From NCBI GenBank assembly GCA_965116215.1, contig OZ220494.1, positions 769,863 through 833,862 on the forward strand: a DNA stretch of 64,000 nt, given 5' to 3'. Source of the DNA: Bdellovibrionales bacterium (GTDB taxonomy: Bacteria; Bdellovibrionota; Bdellovibrionia; Bdellovibrionales; JAKFYE01). Shown here in pieces: positions 7,733-17,454 of the stretch. How positions within the stretch are numbered: position 1 is the first letter of the stretch; every line of letters starts with the position of its first letter. The position numbers were made by a program, and so were the translations under genes. The notes below the pieces were generated by a model that was not told where the DNA came from, did not search any database, and saw only the letters and a list, made by a program, of their open reading frames with translations.

Positions 7733-9946
7733 CTATAAACTGACCTCTTTATAAGATTGTTCCCATAAAGGAGAATTTTTTTTAATCTGACCAACGTCTA
7801 AAAGTTTATATATAAAATAATTTCTTAAAATAGCCTTTATATAGAATTGAGTTTCTCCCCAAGGTAATTCATCTATCCATATTTCATTGACTGGAGTAGA
7901 ATTTTTCTCAGGGTTCAAATCTCTGGCCTTTAACCACCTCTTTAGACGAGTAGGCCCAGCATTATAAGCGGCCAAAGCCAGGGGAATATGCCCCTTAAAT
8001 TGCTTTAAAACTTTAGACAAATAATACGTACCAAATTGAATGTTTACATGGGGATCAAAAAGATCATCAGGTAAAGAGAGCTTCGTAAAGCTCAGATCCT
8101 GGGCCACTTCTCGGGCTGTTGGAGGTATCATTTGCATCAATCCTAAGGCCCCACTCCGACTGACAGCTTCTAATTCAAAAGCACTTTCTTGCTTTATAAC
8201 ACTTATAATTAAATGGGGATCGAGTTCATACTTCTTAGATTCCTTTTGGATGATCTCCAAAAACTCAGTAGGAAAGCCCAGCTGATAAAAATCTTTTCTC
8301 ATCAAATAACGCTTTTTATCCCACGCTTGATTTACAAGACGAATAGCCTTGAAATAACCTAGTGCCGCAGCCCACATCCTAGCCATCAAAATTTTTGCGT
8401 CTGGATTCTGTAAAATCGGCAATGCTTTTAATTCTAATCGTGCCTCTTCGAACCAGCCCGATTCCAGTAAAATAAGTAGACGTCTCCAGCTCTGCCTCTG
8501 ACTAGTTGTCAACCAAATCTTTTGCGGATTGACCTTAATATCTGACTCCGGAAGACTCATCGAACCTTCTAATTCTAATTTGGCTCGCAGTCCATAGTAG
8601 GTCAGAGGATATCTTTCATATAATGCCTTACCCACAGCCCTAGCACGCTCTTTATTTCCTGATTTTTCAAGAGCCCTCCAGAGCCAATACCGTCCCTGTA
8701 AATCATAATTTTCAGAGGAATAGGCTAACAGTTTTTCTAAAAAAGCAATCGACTTATTATGACGACCCTTACGATACTCAATAAGACCTAAACGTAAAAG
8801 GGCAGCCAGTTGTTCTTGGCTCCCACCATGTTCTTTCACAATCCTCTGAAGCCATTTTGTCCCCTTTTGTATTTCTCCTGAAAAAATATAGGATCTTGCT
8901 AAATTATAAATCAACTCTGTCTTTTCCCTCACATTTTCTAATTTATGTACAGCAGATTGGCCTAATTTACTGGCATCACTATAATAAGACTTTCGAAACA
9001 AGCTCCACAACCAACCCTTTAGTGAATCACCTGGAGCTTTCTTCATAAGATGAACGATTTCTTTTCTAACAACATTAAACTTTTCCTTCGTTCTTAAGCT
9101 CATATAGACTTCTAAAATAGTTTTTTCCGCCCAATCTGCTGTTTGACTTCCTGAAAAGTCATTTAAAATTTCAATACATGTCTTGACAGCCATTATATAT
9201 TTTTTTTGCTTCAAAGCTATCCTGACTTGATTCTTTAACTCCTCTTCAGGAATTTTCATACGATCTTCTTTTTTCTTCCTTTCTGTCTTTTTCTCTTTTC
9301 CTCCATTGGCCGTGACAACTGTCTTCAGGAGTCGACGAACATCTAACCTTGACTCATAATCCAAACTTTTTCTTAAAAACTGCTCGGCGGCCTCCAACTT
9401 TTGAAGAGATAGCAATATCGATCCAACTATTTTGTAGGCCTCTGCCCTTTGAGATAAAGTACCCCAATTTTCCGAATCTATAAATTTTTCAGCCCATTTC
9501 ATACTTCCTTTGGGATCTTTCTGTAAATTATAATTCGATAAGGCCAAGGTGGCTTCTATATATCTTTTTCTTAGTGCTTTAGAGTAAGGTCCGTGAATAA
9601 GCCACTCTTTGTTTTTATTCAACTTGCTAAATAGACGAATGAGACTCTTTTCACCTGCCTTTTGTAAATTTAATCTTTTTATCGCACACTGAAATTCCAA
9701 ATCCAATGCCCAAGGGGCTATAATAGGTGTCTTTCTAGGAATCCATCGGGCAGCTCTTTGACAAGTCAGCCACTTCCCGTCCATAAAACTCTTTTTTGCT
9801 AAAACAAGCTGAGTGGATGGAGGTTTTACATTTCTCTCAAATGGCCACCTTGTGACTTTAGGAGGAGAGTTAACAGACAACACTAAAGCACGCAAATCTG
9901 CATAAGCAGACGGCAGGGAAAATAAAAATACAAAAATAAAACTCAT
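7733..9946 (-). CDS. slt: Slt70-like soluble lytic transglycosylase (long helical N-terminal region plus C-terminal SLT domain)
   Basis: The C-terminal region reads IKQESAFELEAVSRSGALGLMQMIPPTA...AAYNAGPTRLKRW. The protein has a signal peptide. The start overlaps the upstream ORF stop by 4 nt. Confidence 0.85.
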   Translation of the reverse strand: MSFIFVFLFSLPSAYADLRALVLSVNSPPKVTRWPFERNVKPPSTQLVLAKKSFMDGKWLTCQRAARWIPRKTPIIAPWALDLEFQCAIKRLNLQKAGEKSLIRLFSKLNKNKEWLIHGPYSKALRKRYIEATLALSNYNLQKDPKGSMKWAEKFIDSENWGTLSQRAEAYKIVGSILLSLQKLEAAEQFLRKSLDYESRLDVRRLLKTVVTANGGKEKKTERKKKEDRMKIPEEELKNQVRIALKQKKYIMAVKTCIEILNDFSGSQTADWAEKTILEVYMSLRTKEKFNVVRKEIVHLMKKAPGDSLKGWLWSLFRKSYYSDASKLGQSAVHKLENVREKTELIYNLARSYIFSGEIQKGTKWLQRIVKEHGGSQEQLAALLRLGLIEYRKGRHNKSIAFLEKLLAYSSENYDLQGRYWLWRALEKSGNKERARAVGKALYERYPLTYYGLRAKLELEGSMSLPESDIKVNPQKIWLTTSQRQSWRRLLILLESGWFEEARLELKALPILQNPDAKILMARMWAAALGYFKAIRLVNQAWDKKRYLMRKDFYQLGFPTEFLEIIQKESKKYELDPHLIISVIKQESAFELEAVSRSGALGLMQMIPPTAREVAQDLSFTKLSLPDDLFDPHVNIQFGTYYLSKVLKQFKGHIPLALAAYNAGPTRLKRWLKARDLNPEKNSTPVNEIWIDELPWGETQFYIKAILRNYFIYKLLDVGQIKKNSPLWEQSYKEVSL

Positions 9947-10266
9947 ACTTGACCTCTTCCACTTAGTTTAATCGCATCTTGTAGCAATATGTCTAGTTTT
10001 TTAAGATAAACTTCTGCCTGCCTCCTCTGCATTTGCTCCTTTGCTTCTGGTGCAAACCCTAAAGATTCAAAATAACACACAACTTCTGATAATTCGCCTC
10101 CCAATCGATGCCTTAAACTTGGAGGCATCTTTTCCAGCAACTTATCTATTGGAACATCAGCAGAGATCTCATCAATAAGATTTCCAATTGTAAAGTTTAT
10201 TAGATTTATACTTTCTATGCCTAATTTTTTATAATTCTCAGATAAAAGATATTTTTTTAATTCCAT
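9943..10266 (-). CDS. Hypothetical protein (107 aa) inside the Bat-Slt gene string
   Basis: This ORF overlaps batD (29 nt) and slt (4 nt), which suggests co-translation. I recognise no motif. Confidence 0.4.
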   Translation of the reverse strand: MELKKYLLSENYKKLGIESINLINFTIGNLIDEISADVPIDKLLEKMPPSLRHRLGGELSEVVCYFESLGFAPEAKEQMQRRQAEVYLKKLDILLQDAIKLSGRGQV

Positions 10267-11878
10267 ATATTTTACATGATACTCTTTGTGTAGATTTCTT
10301 TTTTTTTCCGAAAACTCCTAGAGTCTTCACCTTCCATAAAACTCCAAGAATGAGTAGAAAATAAACAATGCTCCAAAACACCAGACGCTTCCATTGATTC
10401 ACAGGCTCACCGGTCTCCCATTGTCCACTAATAGGCGGAAGAATTCTTTGTTTCTCTTTCTGGTTCCCATCAACCAAAGGATAATTTGAGATAGATTCAC
10501 TTTGATCAGCTAAGACCTGCAAAGTTATGGGCTTTGTAGATAATTTGACATATTTTTCTATCTGAGGATCAAAACTACTCACACTTAATGCAGGTATTTG
10601 CACTGTACCCATCCGTCGAGGTATTAACAGTAAATGAAATTCTTTGAAACTGGTTCCATTCTTATAAAACTTTGACTTATCCCTTGTGCTGTATAGCTCT
10701 AAATGAGACGGCAAAAGCAATTGTGGAAGTTTTATGGACTTAGCATTCCCTTTACCAAAAATTTTCAATTTTAGAGTAAAAGGCTCATTCATTTTAACTT
10801 TTGTTTTTTCCAATTGAGCTTCTATTTTAAACTGCCCAACAGCCCCCGCAAAATCCGAAGGCACATCGTCTTTTGGTAAAGGTTTTACTTTTATTTGTAA
10901 TGGCCGCGATGATTTTGTGTATTTCTGCCCTCTTCCCATTCCCATGAAATACGTCCCTGAGACAACAGTAGACCTGACTTCATAAGAATCAATCTCGGAA
11001 AATCCTGCTTTCATAGGAAATAAAGCATAGGATGCCAAAAGAGCTTTTCTATATTTTTGTCCGTTGACAATGTCCGTTTTAAAGTTCAGCTGTGTGACTA
11101 ACTGAATATCCTCTTTCCAAAAGCCTTTAAGAGAAGGGTATTTTAAAGTATCAATATCTCTCATTTGATGAGGTGTATAGAGATACCATGAAGCTGTCAC
11201 TTGCTCCCCTACATAGACCTCTGTTTTATCCACTTCCAGATGAACTGAAAATGAATCATTCTCATTAATATCCTCACCCCCTTGCTGTCCCCTCTGTGGA
11301 AAACCAAATGGCGATTGAAAAAACGATTGAAACATATCATCCATATTTGAAAAAAAGGGATCCTGACGAAAGGGGCTCTCGGATGGCTTCTTCGGTTGAG
11401 AGCCTTGAGATTTGCTCCCTTTATCTGTGACTTCAATAAGAATGGGTTCTGTTTTGACATCTTGTCCCCCAACAGTCACAACCACTGAATCAATTTTTAA
11501 TGTCCCCTTCACTTGAGGCTCTAGTTTATAATGAAAAAATTGAGTGCTTACATGCTCTAATTGACCTTGTATAAAGAGAGTTCGACTTTGTAGGGAATTC
11601 CATTGTCCCGTTACAACAAAATCTTTAAGGTCAGGCAGTTGAGGCTCTGAAATCCCTTTATTTTTTTTGGCCTCAACAGCAACTGTTAAGGTGACAGGCT
11701 CCCCTATACCAACCCGTGTGGTATCTACCGTTGCCGTTACCTTAAGATCTTTCTCCTGTCCTTGAGATGAAACTATTGGGAGAAAAAAAAGAAGCAACAA
11801 AAAACAACTACCAATCTTTTTCAATAAATTCCTTTCCTGCTTTTCTCTGCTTCTGCTCTCTTTGCATAAACTGACCAC
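10238..11878 (-). CDS. batD: BatD-like (oxygen-tolerance family) protein
   Basis: The position after BatA/BatB, the size, the N-terminal signal sequence (FLLLLFFLPIVSS) and the C-terminal TM (LVFWSIVYFLLILGVLW) all fit. The true start is probably the internal TTG at 11824, not GTG 11878. Confidence 0.6.
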   Translation of the reverse strand: MVSLCKESRSREKQERNLLKKIGSCFLLLLFFLPIVSSQGQEKDLKVTATVDTTRVGIGEPVTLTVAVEAKKNKGISEPQLPDLKDFVVTGQWNSLQSRTLFIQGQLEHVSTQFFHYKLEPQVKGTLKIDSVVVTVGGQDVKTEPILIEVTDKGSKSQGSQPKKPSESPFRQDPFFSNMDDMFQSFFQSPFGFPQRGQQGGEDINENDSFSVHLEVDKTEVYVGEQVTASWYLYTPHQMRDIDTLKYPSLKGFWKEDIQLVTQLNFKTDIVNGQKYRKALLASYALFPMKAGFSEIDSYEVRSTVVSGTYFMGMGRGQKYTKSSRPLQIKVKPLPKDDVPSDFAGAVGQFKIEAQLEKTKVKMNEPFTLKLKIFGKGNAKSIKLPQLLLPSHLELYSTRDKSKFYKNGTSFKEFHLLLIPRRMGTVQIPALSVSSFDPQIEKYVKLSTKPITLQVLADQSESISNYPLVDGNQKEKQRILPPISGQWETGEPVNQWKRLVFWSIVYFLLILGVLWKVKTLGVFGKKKKSTQRVSCKIYGIKKISFI

Positions 11879-13577
11879 GAACTTTTTCCTCCTGCCGTTT
11901 TAATTCTTCTAGGATTTTTTCAACATCTTTAGATGTCAATTCTTTGCTTTTAAACTGATTCTTATTCTCCGTTTTTTTTCTTTGCTCACGAGGTGAACCC
12001 TGCTCTTGCTGACTTCGTTTATCCTTTTCACTTTCTTGAGGCTGTTCATCTTGTCTCTGCTGCTGATTTTTTTTATCTTGTTTACTTTGCTTATTTTTTT
12101 TGCTTCTTGACATAAGAAGTTCAATATTTGTTTTTACCTCCAGTGCCTCAGGTTTTAGCTTCAAAGCCAGCTGATAATACTCCAATGCTCTATCAATATC
12201 CCCTTTCTGATTAGCACTTTCTGCTGCATTAAATAAAGATTTAAACTGAATCTCTTTATCACTTGTCATTCGACTAGCACTCTCAAACTGCTTGATAGCT
12301 TGTTCAAAGTTTTTATTCTGATAAAAAGCGTGACCTAAATTGTAATGTAAAAAAGGGGAGAGAGGTTGATTGACCAACGCATCCATAAGTCTCTTGTGAG
12401 CCTGATGGTTTTTCTTTTTATTTAATAAATCAACGGCCTTATTGTTCTCATATATAGACATCCAATCTCTATTCTCCTTCCCCTCAGTAACTCTCATAAA
12501 GAAAAAAGCAAATAAAAAACAACTAATAAAACGCCCTTTCCAGCGTCGCTGACCCCTTCGACGTTCAATCAATAAAAATTCAATCCACCCTATCAAAAAT
12601 GCAAAAAATAATGGCCACTGATATTTTTCATCATAATCCGTGGCCATTTGCACATCAAACTCTGTTTTCTCCATTTTTTCAATATCTGAAACAATTGATT
12701 TTAAAGATTCTCCAGTAAAATCTGCTTGATAATACCCCCCTCTTCCTGCTTTAGCAATGGCCACCAAGGCTTCATTTTTTGATGTTGAAAGAACGATTTG
12801 GCCGTCTTTATTTTTTTTATATCCTCTTAAGCGACCTTGGAAGTCTTTGTCTGGAATAGGTCCACCTTTTCGAGTTCCAAAACCCAAAGTAAAAACACGT
12901 ATCCCATTTTTAGATAACTCATCAACGTAAGATAAAACACTCGACTCTGTTTCCTCTCCATCGGAAGCCAAGATAATAGCTCTTGATGTCACTTCACCCT
13001 CATTAAGATCACCCCCACCTCCTTTTAAGGATGTTACAGCAACTTGTAGTGCCTCTTTAAAATTTGTTCCCTGTGTACTGATCGAATGTGTTGTTAAAGA
13101 ATCTAAAAACATCCGCAGAGAAGAATAATCACTCGTCATAGGAGAAACCAATGCCGCAGATCCAGCAAAGGCCACAAGTCCTACCTTATCCCCCTTCAAA
13201 TGAGTCAAAAGCCTATGCAATTCTCGCTTAGCATGTTCTAACCGGTTAGGGCTCACATCTTCAACGAGCATAGAAGAGGAAACATCAAGAGCTAAAATCA
13301 GCTCTATACCAACATTTTTTATTTCTATTTGAGAATCTCCAAATTGTGGCCTAGCCCAAGCTATAACAGCCAAAATGACAACACCAATTTCTAGAGATAA
13401 TTTCCAGTATCTTTTAGGAAATGATACGGACTGAGTTAAAAATTGAGAAAGATTATCCCCAAAAGCATCCCTTATTTTTTTATGGGCTTTCTTCATAAAA
13501 ATAAACGCTAGAATAGCTATCCCAATAGCTATTATAATAACATTGAAATATTCAGGGTTTGCAAATTTCAAAAACAT
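11808..13577 (-). CDS. batB: BatB/BatC-like VWA-domain membrane protein with C-terminal TPR and a highly charged tail
   Basis: It has N-terminal TM helices, the MIDAS motif LALDVSSSM, TPR-like repeats (YNLGHAFYQNKNFEQAIKQFE; ALEYYQLALKLKP) and a K/Q/E-rich tail. The start overlaps the batA stop (TAATG). Confidence 0.75.
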   Translation of the reverse strand: MFLKFANPEYFNVIIIAIGIAILAFIFMKKAHKKIRDAFGDNLSQFLTQSVSFPKRYWKLSLEIGVVILAVIAWARPQFGDSQIEIKNVGIELILALDVSSSMLVEDVSPNRLEHAKRELHRLLTHLKGDKVGLVAFAGSAALVSPMTSDYSSLRMFLDSLTTHSISTQGTNFKEALQVAVTSLKGGGGDLNEGEVTSRAIILASDGEETESSVLSYVDELSKNGIRVFTLGFGTRKGGPIPDKDFQGRLRGYKKNKDGQIVLSTSKNEALVAIAKAGRGGYYQADFTGESLKSIVSDIEKMEKTEFDVQMATDYDEKYQWPLFFAFLIGWIEFLLIERRRGQRRWKGRFISCFLFAFFFMRVTEGKENRDWMSIYENNKAVDLLNKKKNHQAHKRLMDALVNQPLSPFLHYNLGHAFYQNKNFEQAIKQFESASRMTSDKEIQFKSLFNAAESANQKGDIDRALEYYQLALKLKPEALEVKTNIELLMSRSKKNKQSKQDKKNQQQRQDEQPQESEKDKRSQQEQGSPREQRKKTENKNQFKSKELTSKDVEKILEELKRQEEKVRGQFMQREQKQRKAGKEFIEKDW

Positions 13578-14581
13578 TAAGGACCCCTTCTCAACAAGAT
13601 ACGTTCAAATCCAAAGGCCAGCAGGTAAAAAATAATCGCCCACTTCAAATAGTTTGGAAACAGTTCCGTATACTTTATATACTGATGAGCCTCTATTTTT
13701 GTTTTCTCAAGACGATCTATATCGGCAAAAACATTTTCTAACATTTTTGTATTTGTTGCTCTATAGTATTTGCCTCCAGTATCTTTTGCAATTTTAGAGA
13801 GTAACTCATCATTAACCTTACTGTGCATAGGTTGATAACGTTTTCGTTTATTACCAAATATATCTCTATAAAAAATAGGTAACTGCGCCATTCCATCCAC
13901 ACCCACACCAATTGTATAAATGCGTATTCCATAACCCTTTGCTATTTCCAGTGCTGTCAAAGGATCTATCGTGCCACTGTTGTTCTCTCCATCTGTAAGA
14001 AATATAACCACTCGACTCTGAGCCTCTAACTCTCGTAACCGAGCTACTGAATTAGCAAGAGCCACTCCGATGGCTGTTCCCATTTTTACATTACGAGTCA
14101 CTTCAACGTCTTTTAAACTCTGTAAGAAAACTTTGTAATCTAATGTAGGAGGGACTTTAGTGAATGCCTCTCCAGAAAATAAAATAAGGCCTATGCGATC
14201 AGATATACGTCCTTTAACAAAATCATAAGCTACCTTTTTTGCCGCCTCTAAGCGATTCAATGGCTTCATATCCTCAATCAACATGCTATCTGAAATATCC
14301 AACGCAATAACAATATCAATACCCTCAACATTTCTCTTCACTTTCATTTCAAATTTCTGTGGACGTGCCAAAGCTATGACCATTAAAATAAGGCTAATGA
14401 ATTTCAAAATCTCAACAAGAGGAGAAAGTCGTAACCTCAAGCTCATTGCAATATTTTTAAAAACAGCAATATGGCTAAACTGTAAACTAGGACGCCTTGG
14501 CTTTTGATCTATTAATAACCAAATAACAGAAAAAGCTAAAAATAAAATAAAAATGAAAAATAGAGGATCTCTCCATGTCAT
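13577..14581 (-). CDS. batA: BatA-like VWA-domain membrane protein
   Basis: It has two N-terminal TM helices, the MIDAS motif IALDISDSM and a C-terminal TM. It sits in the MoxR/DUF58 context. Confidence 0.8.
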   Translation of the reverse strand: MTWRDPLFFIFILFLAFSVIWLLIDQKPRRPSLQFSHIAVFKNIAMSLRLRLSPLVEILKFISLILMVIALARPQKFEMKVKRNVEGIDIVIALDISDSMLIEDMKPLNRLEAAKKVAYDFVKGRISDRIGLILFSGEAFTKVPPTLDYKVFLQSLKDVEVTRNVKMGTAIGVALANSVARLRELEAQSRVVIFLTDGENNSGTIDPLTALEIAKGYGIRIYTIGVGVDGMAQLPIFYRDIFGNKRKRYQPMHSKVNDELLSKIAKDTGGKYYRATNTKMLENVFADIDRLEKTKIEAHQYIKYTELFPNYLKWAIIFYLLAFGFERILLRRGP

Positions 14582-14587
14582 TATTTT

Positions 14588-15460
14588 TTACCTTTTATTG
14601 GAAAAGTGAAATATTTCTTCTGCTCTTAAAAAGCACATTCCTTTCATCTGCTCTATATCCTTATTTGTAAGAGGTGTCTGTGAATTCAAAGCCCTTTCTA
14701 TTTCATTAAACATTCTTTTTATTTTAATCCCCTCTTTTTTAAAGAAAGACATATGATTCCTTTTTATTTCAAATAAAATATCACCTGTCTTCCAATCATC
14801 AATAGGTAAGGTTAACTCATGAATAATATAACACCTTAAAAGACGATTTAACTCTGCAACATACTGATCCAGTAATATCTCTTTGTGAAAAATTTGACGA
14901 TCTAGCTTTCTAAACTCTTTATGAAGAACATGAAACGGAGATTGAGATTGATTCTTTTTCTCTAGCTCCTCTCTTATTTTACGTCTTTGCCGTCGATACT
15001 TATAAGATTTTAAACCTATAATTATGGGGACAAGAAAACTCGCAACTAGAATAACCCATAACCAAAAAGGATATTCAAGAGTTAAGGGCGCATACGGAGG
15101 AAACATTTTAGATTCTGTTTTTGGATCCAAGACAGATTGAACAGTCCAACTCATAGGTCCTAACCGCACTGTATTTACTCCATCTGTCAAAATTAAAATT
15201 TCATTTTCATACTCTCCTGTTTTATAACTGGTAACAAGAAACTCTCCAAGTCCCTCTTTTGATTGATTTGCCCCTAGTAACTTTATCTTATACTTGTCTT
15301 CTATAGGTAAAATAAAATTCAAATTGTTAAAATTGAGGTCTACAACTGGGCCATTACATAAAAGCTGAAAAACTGTACCAACTGTAATGTCTTTAGGGCC
15401 TTTAAAATCACATGTCCAATTCACACCATTTAATTTTTCTTGACCAAGACGCTTAGCCAC
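14588..15460 (-). CDS. Hypothetical membrane protein of the Bat operon
   Basis: It has a central TM helix (FWLWVILVASFLVPIIIGL) followed by a basic stretch. I placed the start at GTG 15460, immediately after the DUF58 stop, rather than 15517. Confidence 0.5.
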   Translation of the reverse strand: MAKRLGQEKLNGVNWTCDFKGPKDITVGTVFQLLCNGPVVDLNFNNLNFILPIEDKYKIKLLGANQSKEGLGEFLVTSYKTGEYENEILILTDGVNTVRLGPMSWTVQSVLDPKTESKMFPPYAPLTLEYPFWLWVILVASFLVPIIIGLKSYKYRRQRRKIREELEKKNQSQSPFHVLHKEFRKLDRQIFHKEILLDQYVAELNRLLRCYIIHELTLPIDDWKTGDILFEIKRNHMSFFKKEGIKIKRMFNEIERALNSQTPLTNKDIEQMKGMCFLRAEEIFHFSNKR

Positions 15461-15461
15461 T

Positions 15462-16331
15462 TTAAACCCTCTTCTTAAAGTACTTAATAAGAGGTTGGGT
15501 ATAATCTTTACCAACAATGATGTTGATAATATCTACCCCTGACTTCCGCAGCTCTTCTTCCCTCTCTAAATTTCTCTTTTTAACAGTTTCTTTATAATGC
15601 TTTTGAAATAAAAAGCTTGAAGTATCCACAGTCACCATATCTCCAGTTTCTGCATCTTGAAGATCTACAAGCCCTACATTGGGTATAACTAATTCAGCGG
15701 GATCCTGAACCACCACTGCAATAGCTTCATGTTTCTTTGCAACCTGCCTCAATCGGCCACTAAAGTCTTCATCAAAAAAGTCACTCAACACAAAAATAAT
15801 AGCACGCTTTTTAAGAACACCTTGTAGATACTCAAGCCCTTCCGCAATATTTGTAGCTCGACTGACAGGCTTAAAATACAAAAGGTCTCTTAAAATACGA
15901 TGAATATGACCTCGTCCTTTTTTAGGAGACACATAGTGTTCTACAATATCTGAGAAAAGCAATAGACCAACTTGATCATTATTTTTAATTGCACTAAATC
16001 CCAATATGGCTGCGATATGGGCAATGACTTCACCTTTAAAAAGATCACGAGAACCAAAGTCCCCTGACCCACTCACATCCACAGCTAGAATGAGAGTTAA
16101 TTCACGTTCCTCTTCATAGAGTTTAATATATGGTTTTTCAGATCGAGCTGATAGAGTCCATGAAATATTACGAACATCATCCCCATGAACATATTCTCTG
16201 AAGTCAGCAAAAGTCATCCCTTGACCATAAAAAGTCGTATGGTATTCACCCGCAAAAAGATTATTAACAAGCTTACGTGTACGTAGTTCTATCATACGCA
16301 CTTGTTTTAAAATATCTGGAGGAATACCCAA
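15462..16331 (-). CDS. DUF58-family (VWA-like) protein, MoxR partner
   Basis: LILAVDVSGSGDFG and the overall DUF58-like layout fit. It lies directly downstream of moxR with a 1-nt gap. Confidence 0.8.
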   Translation of the reverse strand: MGIPPDILKQVRMIELRTRKLVNNLFAGEYHTTFYGQGMTFADFREYVHGDDVRNISWTLSARSEKPYIKLYEEERELTLILAVDVSGSGDFGSRDLFKGEVIAHIAAILGFSAIKNNDQVGLLLFSDIVEHYVSPKKGRGHIHRILRDLLYFKPVSRATNIAEGLEYLQGVLKKRAIIFVLSDFFDEDFSGRLRQVAKKHEAIAVVVQDPAELVIPNVGLVDLQDAETGDMVTVDTSSFLFQKHYKETVKKRNLEREEELRKSGVDIINIIVGKDYTQPLIKYFKKRV

Positions 16332-16332
16332 G

Positions 16333-17328
16333 CTAAGACACCTCTATTTCTTGAAGTATTTCAGAAATAATAAAATCAGATTGAATCTCTTCAGCTTCAG
16401 CTTCATAAGTTAAAATCAATCGATGTCTTAGAACCTCATAGGCAATAGCCTTCACATCATTAGCTGTAACATAGCCTCTCTTTTTGATAAAAGCATGAGC
16501 CATTGCCGCTCTGGTTAAAGCAATCGTAGCCCGTGGTGATCCTCCAACTTGAATCAGGTTAGCAATTCGCTTTAACCCATATTCACTTGGCTTCCTTGTC
16601 GCCATAATAATATTAACAATATAATGACTAATTTTATCATCAACATAGATTTCATTTATTGTTTTACTGATTCGATCTAAATCTTCTGCGGAGAGTGCCG
16701 GTTGAATATCATACATTTGCCCTCGAGTCATATTTGCCAAAATCTGCATTTCTTCACCCTTTTGAGGATAGTCCACTAGAATCTTAAACATGAATCTATC
16801 CAATTGTGCTTCAGGTAAAGGGTATGTTCCCTCCTGCTCTAATGGGTTTTGTGTCGCCAATACGAGAAAAGGAGACGATAACGAATACGATACCTCTCCA
16901 ATAGTTACCTGTTTTTCAGACATTGCCTCTAGAAGAGCACTCTGAACTTTTGCAGGAGCCCTATTGATTTCATCAGCTAATACGATATTTGTAAAAATGG
17001 GACCCTTTTTAGGGGAAAACTCACCTGTTTTCTGGTTAAAGATCATTGTGCCAATTAAATCTGAAGGTAAAAGATCAGGCGTGAATTGAATTCTTTGAAA
17101 ATCTAAAGAAATGGATTTTGAAATAGATGAAATAGTCAGAGTTTTAGCAAGACCCGGAACACCCTCCAAGAGAATATGCCCTCCCGTAAAAAGACCTATT
17201 AAGATCCCCTCTAGCATGTCTTTTTGCCCAATCACGACTTTAGAAACTTCACTTAAAACTTGATCAACGCACTGACTTTCCTGCTTCACCCTTTCAGTCA
17301 GCTCATGTGCTTCTATTGACATAACCAC
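16333..17328 (-). CDS. moxR: MoxR-family AAA+ ATPase
   Basis: It has Walker A LEGVPGLAKT, Walker B/sensor LADEINRAPAKVQSALLEAM, and ATQNPLEQEGTYPLPEAQLDRF. Confidence 0.92.
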   Translation of the reverse strand: MVMSIEAHELTERVKQESQCVDQVLSEVSKVVIGQKDMLEGILIGLFTGGHILLEGVPGLAKTLTISSISKSISLDFQRIQFTPDLLPSDLIGTMIFNQKTGEFSPKKGPIFTNIVLADEINRAPAKVQSALLEAMSEKQVTIGEVSYSLSSPFLVLATQNPLEQEGTYPLPEAQLDRFMFKILVDYPQKGEEMQILANMTRGQMYDIQPALSAEDLDRISKTINEIYVDDKISHYIVNIIMATRKPSEYGLKRIANLIQVGGSPRATIALTRAAMAHAFIKKRGYVTANDVKAIAYEVLRHRLILTYEAEAEEIQSDFIISEILQEIEVS

Positions 17329-17454
17329 CCTCCTAAAAACCTACACAATAACACGTCCAAGTCTTTGAAAACACTCATACTTATAGACTCCCGCATTAAT
17401 TTATGCGAAGCGATAATTTGACTCCCTATCCGCTGCAGACTAATCTGGCAACCT

